A stretch of 63,653 nt of DNA, the filler included, from Reclinomonas americana ATCC 50394 (taxonomy: Eukaryota): NCBI GenBank assembly GCA_048213135.1. It is 15 parts of 15 records of this genome, joined end to end, with 100 filler letters (N's around TTAATTAATTAA, not from the genome) between each part and the next. Parts side by side here need not be neighbours in the genome. Positions count along the whole stretch, not along the records: positions 1 to 6,912 come from AFZH01020005.1; positions 7,013 to 9,294 come from AFZH01020007.1; positions 9,395 to 11,699 come from AFZH01020008.1; positions 11,800 to 13,517 come from AFZH01020009.1; 11 more parts are not named here. The stretch is one strand, 5' to 3'. The first letter of the stretch is position 1. Each line of letters starts with the position of its first letter. The notes under the pieces are model-generated. The model made no database searches. It was not told the origin of the DNA and saw nothing but the letters and a program-made list of their open reading frames with translations. Made by a program: the position numbers and the translations under genes. Below are positions 1 through 11,968 of the stretch, one piece after another.

Positions 1-574
1 TTCTATTCTTATTGTTTACATTTACACCATTGCTGCTGTTGCCTGTCTCTTTCTACCCTCGCATCATTCACGCTCTTCTCCTGCGTCACCTCTCATTGTG
101 TAACCCTGTTCCATTTTCTCACCCGCATTGCCAGATCTGTGTGTTTCCCTATATCTCATCATTCCTTACCCTTCTCTCCACTTTTCTTCCCCTCACTTCT
201 TCTTCTTCTCAACCATCTGCCTTATCTATCCCTGCTCCGTTCCCTACTCCTTCCATAGATATCTCCTCCTCCTACCTCTCAAATCCTTCGCTTCGCCCTC
301 CCTTTCTTAGGCCTTCTTCACCTCGCTCCCCTTTCCCTTCCCTTTTGTACTGTACTTTTTCCCCCCGTCCCTTCTCCTCTTTTCCTTCCTCTTCCCGTCC
401 CGTCTCCTGTTTCCCTTCCCCTCGTTCCCTTTCTCTTTCCCTTCCCTCATATCCCTTCCCCTAATATCCCTCCCCCTCATATCCCTTTCCCTCATATCCC
501 TTCCCTTCATATCCCCTTCCTAACCCTTCTCCTCTTCCTTCCCTTTTCCTCACCTCCCTTCTCCTTCTTCGCAG

Positions 575-1140
575 ACGCCGCCCCTCAGGCCGTGTGGGAC
601 CGCTGCGGCGACTTCTACAGCGTCAGCTTCCTGCCGCACCTGATCAGCTGCGACAAGCTGCACACTGGCGAGCGCAAGATTGTGCTCGGCAACCCGGCTT
701 CGGTTCGTCCCTCCCTTTTCCTCTCTCCCTCTCTTTCCCCTCAGAATTCTCACCGCGCACACCATTGCAGCCGTCGATCATCTACGAGCGCCAGGACCGA
801 CCTCTGGCTCGCACTGCCGAGCTGCCGTGGAAGTTTGCGTACGGCTGGACGATCACCAATGTTGCGTGCGCTGGCACTTTTGTGTGTCACCCTCCTTCCT
901 TTTGCTCACACAACCCCGCAGGACCCTGACCCACGCGTCAAGCCCGGCACATTCAAGGGCAACGTGCTGCTGTTCGAGCACGCCGGTGGCAAGACCATGG
1001 TGGTGGTCGATGTGACCTGGGTGGCACCAACGGCGGAGGACGGCGAGGCGGTGAAGACGGCAAACAAGAAGTTCTACGAGGATGCCATTGTGAACGTGCA
1101 GCGTCTGTTCCGCGCTGGCGGCTCAGGCCCCGCTCGCTAA
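575..1140 (+). CDS. SRPBCC/START (polyketide cyclase/Bet v1-like) protein, 5'-partial, 3 exons seen
   Basis: GT-AG splicing (exons ~575-701, 771-860, 922-1140) gives DAAPQAVWDRCGDFYSVSFLPHLISC...FAYGWTITN-DPDPRVKPGTFKGNVLLFEHAGGKTMVVVDVTW...FYEDAIVNVQRLF*. This fits the 'AxxxVWxxxxDF' start, beta-strands and C-terminal helix of SRPBCC folds. The upstream intron runs off the window. Confidence 0.65.
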
Positions 1141-1467
1141 ACGCGTCGCTTCTCCTGTTTTCCCCCCTCCTTACTTCTTGCGCGTCCGCTGGCGACATTT
1201 TTCTGCTTCTGTTGTGTTTTTTTCTCTTTATATGTGTGTCAACAACTTATGTATGTGGTGGCGCGAAACGGTCTGTGCGTGTAGGTGTGTGTGTTTTGTT
1301 GCCACGGCCGTCGCGCTTGCGTGGTCCTTTTTTGTGTGTGTGTGTTGTCAGGAGTCTGGTGACAGCGGGGCGCAAGCTCGTGTGCAAGTCTCGCCCCCGC
1401 GCGCAGCATTTCGTCCGGTTGTATGTGTGCGTATGTGTGTGTGCTGAACCCAAAATTATGTATCGCT

Positions 1468-4400
1468 TCATTCGTCTTCATCGTCGTCGTCCTCCTCGTC
1501 ATTATCCATGGCGCAAAACATGGCATCCAACTCGTCCAACATCTGCGCGCCACACATGAGCATCACAACTTGTAGGGGGACTTCCAACAAGAGATTACCT
1601 CTTCTTCGGCCCCATTCGCCGCGGTGCCACCGTCGCCGTCCACGGCAGTGCCCTTGGCCTGCTTCATGTCGTCCAATTCCATGAGTTCTGCCAGCAATGC
1701 CTCCTCGTCGGCCGAGTTGTCCTCATCGTCTTCATCGTCGCCACCTTCCTTTACCTCGTCCTTGCCACCATCTTCATCCGCTTTCTTCTCTTCCTCATCC
1801 TCATCTTCGTCCTCCTCCTCATCATCCTCCTCCTCCTCCTCATCGTCGTCGTCGTCATCGCTAGAGTCCTCATCGTCCTTGTCGTCTGCGGCACTCGGTA
1901 CAGCGTCTGCGGCGACTGCTGGAGCCGCTTCCACTGGCACCGGTGCTGGTGCTGGCGCAGCTGGCCGTGGTTCAGCGCCGACTTTGTATTTGGATTCCGG
2001 CTGCCGGCTCCACCGTCGCAGGCTATCAATCAACCACTGCAGCGACACGGTGCGCACATGCAGTCGTCGTCGAGCATCGCGAGCCTTGTCGGTGCCCAAC
2101 TGCATGTGGAGAAGAAAGATGTGGCGTCAGCGCGAAGCGGAAGACAGAAAGAAACATGAGCCGACAGCGCAACATTCGCCGCAATGAGGTGCGTGGTGTT
2201 GTCGGTGATCTTCAGCTCGCATCGTGCGCCAAACTCGGTGGCCATGCGCCAAATATCCGATCTGCACACGCGAAAAAAACAAGTGAGTTGCGCGATGGTG
2301 GCGACGTCGGTGACAAGACGCGAACCTCGTGGGATCTTGATTGGTCGGCAGAATTCCACTAAACACAATCACCAGGTCCTGCAACACGGCTCTCCGTGCC
2401 TTGGACAGCAGGCGCTGTGCACCAACGCGTCAACAAACAAAAGGAGAATACATAGTGACCGAGAAAGAGAGACGCACTGCGGCCGAGACGGAGGCCAGAT
2501 CCGCACCGGCGTCCAGCTGTTGATAGAGGCGATTGTGCACGCCCTCAATCACCCGATGCACCGTCGCCAGCTGCTCGTCCTTCTCGTCGACGAACGGCGT
2601 GAATGGCGAAAGCCAGCAGTTGCCCATGGGGTTGTTGAGTTCGCTGACAGAGTTCCAGAAGCGGTCTGTTGCCGAAGTGAGCACACAAAGGGCAGTGCAG
2701 ACGCAGAGCACATGAAAAAAACGCAACAGGGGGGAATGCCAATCACGTTCGGCGCATACTTCCATACGTCCGGCCGATCGTCAACGACAACGACCAACGC
2801 ATCGGAGATGGGGAAGAGGCGACGGATTTCTTTCGAGCGCTTGTCTGTCACAGAGAAAGAAAAGGAAGTCAGGTAAAAGAAGAAGGGATGAGCAAATGGG
2901 GAAGAGGTGGCGGATTTCTTTCAAGCGCTTGTCTGTCAAAGAGAGAGGAATCGTTGGCAAAAGAAGAAGGGATGCAAATGGGGAAGAGGCGGTGGATTTC
3001 TATCGACAACTAGTCTGTCACAGAGAAAGGAAAGGAAGCCAGGCAAAAGAAGCACATGGGAAGAGGCGGTGGACTTCTTTCAAGCGCTTGTCTGTCACAG
3101 AGAAAGAAAAGGAAGTCAGGCAAAAGAAGCAAAAGGGGGACGGTGGATTACTTTTGAGCGCTTATCTGTCAAACGAGAAAGACGAGGAAGTGTTGGCAAA
3201 AGATGAAGGGATGAGTGTCTTGTGCAAATGGGGAAGAGGCTTTCGACCAATAGTCTGTCAAAGAAGTGTTGCAAAAGAACAAGGGATGAGTGTCTTGCGC
3301 AACTCGGACACTCTGTCGCCGAGAGTACTCGATCGTGGAACACGACATGGTGGGGATCCAAAACCTGTCAACAGAGTCAGCTCGATAGCCACCAACAATC
3401 AAATTGGCAGAGTGCGCTCACCTGGGTGACTTTGTCGGCGTACTCGCGAGTGCCAAACGTGTACGCGTGCATCTCGCACAGACGGCCACACTTGGCGAAA
3501 AAGTCTGCCACGCCAGGCCTGCATGGTGGTGTATGAGATGAGGGAGGAAGCAGAAGACTAATCACCAAATACACACTCACCGCAGTTTCACCAGGTACGT
3601 GCGACCCAGCAGCTCAAACTCGTGCACATCGGAAGAGAAGTCACTACACCACCCATTCAAAGGTATGAGCACCATCGCATAACACTGCGTATCGCGTCTG
3701 CATGTCTCACCGTTTCACTGCATCCAGATCCACTGGAGTGGCGAACTCGCGAGAGGTGGTGGTGTGGATGAGAGTGGCGTCCAGATCAAGAATGAGGCAC
3801 AGCTGTCGACACGAGAATGTGAGGTCGTTGACGAACATCAACGACACAGAGCGTTGAGCGAGAATGCACCTTGCGAGCTGACATGATGCGCCGCTGTTCA
3901 GCCATTGACAGGTCTCGTGCAGCCTGTGACCCGCAAATGAGAACACTGAAAGGCAAAGTGCAAACACGGTGCACTCACATCGACAGCCACCATCAGGTTG
4001 GCGGTGCTGTGGCCCACGCGATGCATTTTGCCCGATTCCTCCAGCGCGATGGTCAGCCTAAGGAATGGGAGGGTGAGGGAGAGGGCCAGATAAGAAGGGG
4101 GGAGGAGGGAAGGGAGGGAGGAAAGGAGGGGGGATGGACAATCAAAGAAACACGCAAGTGAGAAGGAAGACGGGAAGACAGAGAGGCAGAGAGAGAAAGA
4201 AAGAGCGAGATAAGGGGAACACGACAGCGAGGAAGAAACAGGCCGACAGAGGAAAAGGTAGAGATGGACATAGAAGAGAGAGAGAGAGAGAGCATCCGAC
4301 AATGAGAAGGACTGACAAAGAATGTCGTAATATCTGTGAGTGAGCAAGTGCGGGAACGGGAGATAGGCAGCCTTTGTGCAACCTTCAGTGACCAATCGAA

Positions 4401-6631
4401 ATGCACAGAATACGAGAAACAGAAGAACAGTGCATATTCTCGGAGATACAAATCACGAGAATCAGCCAGGTATCACGCAAGCGACATACACAGTAAGAGT
4501 ATAGAAGAAATGCATGAAAGACAAAGGTGTTACGAGAGAGATAGAGAGAATGTGAAAGTGACAGCAACAAGCAGCGAGGACTAGGGAGCAGGAGAGAGAC
4601 GGAACGCAACAGTGCGCAGAACAGAGGTAGGCAGGGAGAGAGAGAGAAAGTGACAAAAATTACTGCAAGAGTGAGGAAGTAATCAGAGAGAAAGAATATC
4701 AAGAAAGAGAGATAAATCAACAGTGGACATGAGAGAGAGAGAGAGAGAAAGAGACATCATCGACAGAAACACAGCCGACCTTTTCCCCATCAACGCAACT
4801 TGCTGACATCCCGACCACACGCAATACACATGCCGCCAAACACCGTGACATGCGGACACACGTCCACCTCGTACAACGCCGTGTCGCCATCACGTGCAAT
4901 CTGCATCGGTTCCTTTGCCTGCGGCAGCAACGACTTGACAGAGCCGCTCACCAACGCTGCATAGTCAGAGAGAAGGAACCCAGTCAGAATCTTGCCCAAT
5001 GCGAGCGACACCTTCACGCCAGCGTCCACGCAACAGCGCAGTGGAATCACGGCCAGGTCGGCACCATGCTGTACGGCGGTCTGCGTGTGGCGGGGGTGGT
5101 AGCCGACCAAATCGCCCAGGTATGTGTCCATTTGAATGAGATCGTCGACGGTCACGCGCCACGGTCCCAGCTTCCACAGCATGTCCATGGGATGAATGTC
5201 GCAGTCGGATGGCAACACGCCACTGCGGCCACGATGACGTCAGCACAAGGAAGACTACCTCTTTCTCGAGCCACAAGACGCAACTCAATGGACTGCGGGT
5301 GACGAGCCTCGCGCATCTTTTGCTCGGCCGACTTTTTCCTCTCCTCCTCTCGCTGCTCCTCGGCACGCTCCAACATTAGCTCCTTGCGCCGCTGGTTCTT
5401 GCTAATAATGTCTTCCGCGTGCTCCTCGACAATCTGCCGCAGTGTACGTATGTGCGAGTTTGCCTCGTTTCGCCGCTGAGTAGCAGCAGCCGCAGAGTTC
5501 GTCTTGGACGACGTCATGAGTCGTCTTCTGGCAGGCGGTCGTGCGCTGGCCACGGGCGCGCTCTTCTCGCGAGAGCGGTCGACCACAGCTCGCAGTGACG
5601 CATCCAGTTGCGACGCGGTGCTCAACATGGAGACGCCAGCGCCGTGTACACCGAGAGGCAGGCGTGCAGCGGAGGCTGGAAGCGTGCGCTCATCAAGCAG
5701 CAAACACTGCAGCTGCGTGCGCGGTTTGGCGGCACCACCGTCGCCAGTGAGAACCGCTTGCAGACGCTGCGAGTGCCAGTCCAACATGGCCTCCGAGGAG
5801 AACGACAAGCATTGCAGGTGAGAGTTCTCCTCGAGTGCGTCAATGATGGCCGACGTGCCGGACGAGCCATGCGAACCTACGCGACATGGTGAAAATGAGT
5901 GTTATCGTGGAGGACAAGCGCACAATCTGCGAGACACCCACCGGCGAGAATGAGCACTCGCAAAGGCGGATCCTTGCGCAGAGCCTCGGCCAGCGCAAAT
6001 ACGCCCTCGTCGACAAGCCGCGGATTGCCGGCCAGATTGAGATTAAGCACTTTCGATCGCGGGAGAGCGGTGGCCAGCACTTGCGCCACCGCATGCGTCA
6101 GGTTGCACTCTGTGTGCGGGTGCACTGCATGAGATAACAGGCAGTTGCGCGAGCACTCCAGTCACCCCTCACCCGCAAGTGACAGGCTCGAGGCCGCCGA
6201 CAATAACCGCTCGGCCAGCGCGGCCGACAGAGGGGACCCCTGAAAGAGTGCCGGATTGCGCGACAGGTCCAACATCGCGCCACCTGTGGCACTGCTGCAC
6301 GACGACCACGCCTGCAGCACGCCTTGCACATCGCTCAGCCGCGGATTGCCTGCCACCGACAGCCGCACAATGCGCGTGCACTTGGCCTCTGGCAGAACTC
6401 TGCTGCCCAGCTCCTCGACATCGCTGTCGACGAGATCGGCATCTGCAAGAATCACTGAGTCTCGACGCCGTGCTTATCACAGAGACCGGATCCATTCACG
6501 AACCAGACAAGTCAATGTCGCGCACACTGGGGAACACGTGCAAGGCGCAGGCGAGAAGCTCGGCTACGCTGGAATCGGGTCGTCGCTGGCGTGCCACGGT
6601 GAGGAAACCAGGAGGTAGGTGTTGGAGGTGC
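1468..6631 (-). CDS. FCP1: RNA polymerase II CTD phosphatase FCP1/CTDP1 with N-terminal LRR and coiled-coil extension (5'-partial, ~17 exons)
   Basis: The spliced product contains CPHVTVFGGMCIACGRD, HAD motif LCLILDLDATLIHT, VKLRPGVADFF, YTFGTREYA, LDPHHVVFHDRVLS and RRLFP..VVVVDDRPDVW..NVIGIPPYRFW. It then has a BRCT domain (IVFSGILP..FGARC..TTHLIAAN-LGTDKA..VSLQWL) and an acidic tail ending MLDELDAMFCAMDNDEEDDDDEDE* (stop 1468-1470). Upstream exons 5285-6631 encode RI-like LRRs in frame. Confidence 0.92.
2808..3303. repeat. Degenerate ~60-90 bp tandem repeat (about 6 units) spanning an FCP1 intron and the start of the next exon
   Basis: Recurring ATGGGGAAGAGGC..GGATTTCTTTC.AGCGCTTGTCTGTCA.AGAGA..GGAAG...GGCAAAAGAAG. 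The GTCTGTCA core occurs near 2843, 2931, 3013, 3090, 3165 and 3253. Confidence 0.85.
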
Positions 6632-6719
6632 CTGGGGGGAGGGAAAGGGGGTGAGGGGGAGGAGGGAGAAGGGGAGGGTGAGGGTGAGTGTGAGGGTGAG
6701 TGTGAGTGTGAGGGTGAGT

Positions 6720-6762
<43 letters not shown>

Positions 6763-6912
6763 AGAGGGGAGAGGGGAGAGGGGGGAAGGGTGAGGGTGAG
6801 GGAGAGGGTGAGGGGTGAGGGTGAGGGGAGAAGGGAGAGGGGAGAGGGGAGAGGGAGAGGGAGAGGGAGAGGGAGAGGGAGAGGGAGAGGAGAGGAGAGG
6901 AGAGGAGAGGAG

Positions 6913-7012
6913 NNNNNNNNNNNNNNNNNNNNNNNNNNNNNNNNNNNNNNNNNNNNTTAATTAATTAANNNNNNNNNNNNNNNNNNNNNNNNNNNNNNNN
7001 NNNNNNNNNNNN
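6913..7012. other. Artificial contig spacer (N44-TTAATTAATTAA-N44), first of 14
   Basis: Identical six-frame-stop spacers start at 6913, 9295, 11700, 13518, 15400, 19293, 26609, 34837, 38082, 47473, 51062, 53704, 56119 and 62228, nearly always next to microsatellite or low-complexity sequence. Confidence 0.98.
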
Positions 7013-7123
7013 GTACGACGTCGTACGACGACGGACGACGGCGACGACGTACGTCGTACGTACGTACGGACGGACGGACGGACGGACGTACGTACGTACG
7101 ACGAGAGAGAGAGAGAGATGTGA

Positions 7124-7161
<38 letters not shown>

Positions 7162-7189
7162 AGAGCGCGATGGGTGAGAGAAGGAAACC

Positions 7190-8000
7190 TCGAAAGCGGG
7201 AGAAGGCAAGAGGAGAACGAGTGAGTGAGCGTGAGTACGCATGAAAGTCGCCGTGTTTGGAGAGAGAAGGTGCGCGTGTTGTGTAGTAGGGGATAAAGCG
7301 CGAGGTGGACCGACTTCTCAAGCGGGAGAAGGCAAGTGGAGAACACGTGAGAGTCTTTGTGTGTGTATCAGCGAGTGAGTGAGTGTGAGTATGCATGAAA
7401 GTCGCCGTGTTTGGAGAGAGATAGTACGCGTGTGTGCACATGTGGGTGCGTGAGTGAGAGAAGGGGATAAAGCGCGAGTTGGCAAACTTCTCAAGCGGGA
7501 GAAGGCAAGGGGAGAACACGTGGGAGTGATTGTGCGTGTATTCGCGAGTGAGTGAGTGTGAGTACGCATGAAAGTCGCCGTGTTTGGGAGAGAAAGTGCG
7601 CGTGTATGTGTACGTGGGAGAGAGAAGGGATAGAGTGCGAGTTGGGCCGACTTCTCAAGCGGGAGAAGGCAAGAGAAGAACACGTGTGTGCGTGCGTGTG
7701 TATGTATGTGTGCGTGTGCGTGTGTGTACCAGCGAGTGAGTGAGTGCGAGTACGCATGAAAGTCGCCGTGTTTTGGAGAGAGATAATGTGCGTGTGTGCG
7801 TGGGAGAGAGAAGGGGATAAAGCGCGAGGTGGACCGACTTCTCAAGCGCGAGAAGGCAAGGGGAGAACACGTGAGAGTGATTGTGCGTGTATTCGCGAGT
7901 GAGTGAGTGTGAGTATGCATGAAAGTCGCCGTGTTTTGGGAGAGAAAGTGCGCGTGTATGTGAACGTGGGAGAGAGAAGGGATACGGTGCGAGTTGGGCC
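7190..8000. repeat. Intronic minisatellite, ~5 units of 155-190 bp
   Basis: CATGAAAGTCGCCGTGTTT at ~7240, 7395, 7567, 7755 and 7918, alternating with CTTCTCAAGCG(G)GAGAAGGCAAG. Confidence 0.9.
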
Positions 8001-8093
8001 AACTCCACCGGCGAGTGAAGTTAAGAGACCAGAACACACGCTCGAGAGAGCGAGGAAGCAGGCACACACATGACTGACGGAGAGAAAACGCAC

Positions 8094-8393
8094 CGGAGAA
8101 CTCCCCAAATGGACGGGGCGTTGATGGAGGCCGAGGAGCCGTCGACACGCAGCGAGTACGACTCGTCGACGCCGAGCTGGAGGTTGTCGTCGTACGAGTT
8201 GACGGTGACGCTGACGGAGTTGACGGCGCCGACGACTGACAAGGTAAAGGGGAAGAGAGGAGGGGAGAGGAGGGGTAAGCGAGAGGGATGGAGAGGAGAG
8301 AGAGAGAGAGAACGAGAGAACGAGAGGGAGAAGAGAAAGGAAGCTCGTTTGTGAAACACGGCGAGATTTTGGCACGGCATGTATTCGACGTGA

Positions 8394-8434
<41 letters not shown>

Positions 8435-8506
8435 TACTACGTACGTACGTACTACGTACGTACGTAACGTACGTAACGGTACGGTACGGTACGTACGTAC
8501 GTCGTC

Positions 8507-8567
<61 letters not shown>

Positions 8568-9531
8568 CGAAGGCGGAACTCCGCTTCTACTTTCATCCCT
8601 CAATGTCAGAAACTCGCCGTGTTACTCACTCTCTTGTTCTCCTATCTGCTACTTTCTCCTACAACGGAGCAAATGACTCGCAGCAGGAGAGCAGAGAGTG
8701 GAAGGAGAAGAAAAGCGAGAGTGAGCGTGAGTCATTGAAAGCATGAAGATCCAAACACGGCAGTTCGAATCAAAGACACCCATAACGAATACTACGCATA
8801 GAGAGAGAGAGAGAGCAGTGTGTGCGTGTGAGAAGAGAAAGTGAGAGAAAGAGAAGAGATTCAGACACGCGAGGTCACGCTCAATTCGCATCAATGACCC
8901 CCACTCAACACAAACCACAAGAGAGAGCACCAAACAACAAGCAAACAGACAACGACCCCCAAACACAAAAACACTCACACTCACCATCAACACGATCCGT
9001 CTTGCTGCGTCCATAACCCGGCCGGAAAATAATGTCATGATAGCTGAACACAACACAAGACACAAATCATCATGAGTGTGTGAGTGAGAGAGTGAGTGAG
9101 TGTGTGTGTGTGTATGAGTGAGTGTGTGTGAGAGAGAGTGTGTGTGTGTGCTGAGTGAGTCAGTAAGTGTGTGTTTGTGTGTGAGAGAGAGTGTGTGTGT
9201 GTGCTGAGCGAGTCAGTAAGTGTGTTTGTGTGCTTGTGTGTATGTGTGTGCGTGTGTGTGTGAGAGAGAGGACACACATATGAGAGACAGAGGGNNNNNN
9301 NNNNNNNNNNNNNNNNNNNNNNNNNNNNNNNNNNNNNNTTAATTAATTAANNNNNNNNNNNNNNNNNNNNNNNNNNNNNNNNNNNNNNNNNNNNGAGGAA
9401 GAAGAAGAGTGGAGGAGAGAGGAGTCATCACTGTCTCCGCGCAGGTGAGGCTTGCCATTGACAGTGAGCGTGCATGCAATGATAATGAGCAGCAGCACGA
9501 TCGAGAAGAGAAGTGGTGTGCGCGGCATCAT
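8094..9531 (-). CDS. Beta-N-acetylhexosaminidase (GH20, HEXA/HEXB-like), N-terminal exons only
   Basis: Signal peptide MMPRTPLLFSIVLLLIIIACTLTVNG from 9531. Exon 9043-8985 reads YHDIIFRPGYGRSKTDRVD. Exon 8235-8094 reads VVGAVNSVSVTVNSYDDNLQLGVDESYSLRVDGSSASINAPSIWGVLR, matching the GH20 domain-2 'DESYxL..A..WGxxR' motif. The catalytic exons are not present in the window. Confidence 0.8.
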
Positions 9532-9618
9532 TATGAGAGAAGGAAAAACAAGAAAATCACGATCGGGACAAACAACTGACGTGCTTCTTTCTTCTCTCTC
9601 TTCTCTCTCTTTGGCTTC

Positions 9619-9853
9619 GGTGCTCGTACTCGTGGGAAGAGGCCACAGCGAGTGAGCGCCACTCAGCAGCTCATGAGAAGAGTGGAGGAGAGATCTAGAG
9701 GAGTCATATCGCATTGTCACAGTTTCGCGATCGAGCGTGCAGATGATCATGAGGCTTGCCTCTGACAGTGAGCGTGCATGCAATGAAGATGATGATAAGC
9801 AGTAGCGCGATCGAGAGGAGAGGTGCAGAAGGGGACGGGATGCAAGTGCGCAT
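9619..9853 (-). pseudogene. Frameshifted upstream duplicate of the hexosaminidase first exon
   Basis: MRTCIPSPSAPLLSIALLLIIIFIACTLTVRGKPH... is near-identical to the 9531 signal peptide. It hits a stop, then continues in another frame as DSSRSLLHSSHELLSGAHSLWPLPTS, containing the GH20 N-terminal LWPxP motif. Confidence 0.65.
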
Positions 9854-10207
9854 GCTGGGCTTTGAATTCGAATTCGAATTGGGGATCGATATCAATATCG
9901 CCCGGAATGCAAGGGTTTCTTGAATTCCGCTTGCAAACTCACCTCTGTCACTCGCTCACATTGTTGATCACCGTTTATCTCCATTGCAAGCCGCTCTGCA
10001 TTCACTTGTCACCATTTGCAACTTCGAACGTCGAGGTCACCACCGATCAATTCCCTCACCTCCGCTGCACCACACGCGCACCACCATCCATCTCACACAC
10101 GCACAACACACCATCCACTCATCGCCCCACACACACAAAAAACACACAAAAAAGTGCATAAAAAACCACACAACTGCCCATTGTCCACACTCTTCTTGCA
10201 AGAAAGC

Positions 10208-11578
10208 ATGTCAGCAGCGCGCGAGTCATCGCCCGGCTGGCACACGCACCCTCACCCTCACACCACCACCACTGCCACCGCAACAGCAGCTCCTTCTGCA
10301 ACCGCGCCTGCGCCCGAAAAGACGCGCGCATCTCGCCGCAACAATGTTGGCGGGAAGAGTGCCTCGCGCGTAACAGCAACCGCAACAGGAGGCGGAGGAG
10401 GAGTGAGGCGAGGAAGAGGAGGCGCAGGACAAGCTCGTGCGCAAGGTGAGAGATAACAAGAGAGAGTGTGTGAATGATCTTTGCGCGCGCGCGTGCTCTC
10501 TGCCTCTTTACTCACACACTCACTCACACTCACTCTTGCACACTGTCGCACACTCCCACACACTCACGCACACTCTCACACACTCACACGCACTTCACAC
10601 ACTCACACACACTTCACACTCACTCCTGTCTCTTTCTCTCTCTCTCACACACTCTCGTGCACTCTCACACACTTCCACACACTCTCACACACTTCCACAC
10701 ACTCTCACACACTTTCACACACTCCCACACACTCTCGCACACTTTCACACACTCTCGCACACTCTCACACGCTCCCACACACTCTGTCACACATTCCCAC
10801 ACACTCCCACACTTTCTCACACTCATCCTTTCATTCACCCTCTCTCCTCCTCTCTCCTCCTCTCCCCCACCATCAGTTGTCCCAATTTTTCATCAGGGCT
10901 CACTCTCTCTCTCCCTCTTCATCCCTCCTCTGCAGAACCCGTCCGCGACCGCCGCCCGTCCGCCACCAGCGTGACCGCCGTCGACATTGCCTCCATCAAC
11001 GAGCAGGACGACGTCGACCATCAAGCCGCCGCCACACAGCCGCAAGAGGAGGACATCGGCGGCGGCGGCAGCAGCACCTACCTCGACGTCGCCAGTCACA
11101 TTCGCAGTGAGGGACGCGACGCCAAACCGCTCGTTTCGTGGCGTGTTCCGCACGATACCTCGCCTACCTCGGCCAGGCGTCCGCCTACAACGGCGGCGGG
11201 AAAGGCGGCGCTGAGTGAGGCGCGAGCGCGGGCGTTGCCGCCGCCGCCGCCGCCAACGGCGAGTGCGGTGCGCAAGTCGGCGCGAGGCACGGGGCATCAT
11301 AGTAGTGCGGATGAGCGGATGATGGAGGGAGCGGCGCGAAGGAGGTTTGTAGGGCAAGAGATGGTCGGGTTGCTGCATTGTTGCATCACACACCTGTGAT
11401 CTGTCATTGAGGCGTACTCTCTCTCTCTCTCTCACGCTCCCTTGCAAGCCACTCCTCTTATCTACGCTCACTTTCTCTTCTCTTTCTTCCTGTTGCCGCG
11501 CTGACATTGTTTCTTGTCATCTCTGTCGAACTCTAGCGCTGCAAGAGCACTCCTTCTGTGGCAAATCTTTTCTCCTTG

Positions 11579-11633
<55 letters not shown>

Positions 11634-11895
11634 GTACGTACGTCTCCGTCGTCGTCGTACGACGCAGAGAGAAGTAGAGAGAAGAAGAGAAGAGTAGACN
11701 NNNNNNNNNNNNNNNNNNNNNNNNNNNNNNNNNNNNNNNNNNNTTAATTAATTAANNNNNNNNNNNNNNNNNNNNNNNNNNNNNNNNNNNNNNNNNNNNC
11801 TACCTCTCCTCTTCTCTCTCTCTCTCTTCTTCTCGTTCTCTCGTCGTCGTCGTCTCGTCTCGTTCGTTCGTCTCTACTCTCTCGTACGTACGTCG

Positions 11896-11968
<73 letters not shown>

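Noticed and set aside
861..921. Non-canonical TT...AG(N) introns as an alternative reading of the GTTGCG sites
   Set aside because: Cutting before the G (GT-AG) preserves the frame and gives the conserved residues (Tyr in FCP1 PY, Leu in SCAPER). The alternative does not.
6957..6968. TTAATTAATTAA palindrome recurring 14 times
   Set aside because: It is always centred in 88 Ns and is an artificial six-frame-stop contig linker.
7013..7100. TACG/GACG/CGTA-rich stretches (also ~8429-8508, 11631-11660, 11840-11900, 62135-62227)
   Set aside because: They occur only beside long (GA)n tracts or contig ends and mirror the TACG flow order of pyrosequencing, so they are most likely read noise.
7190..8000. 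Repeat-spacer-like pattern suggesting a CRISPR array (also 28960-29960)
   Set aside because: The 'spacers' are homologous to each other, the units are 150-200 bp and lie in spliceosomal introns, and there are no cas genes.
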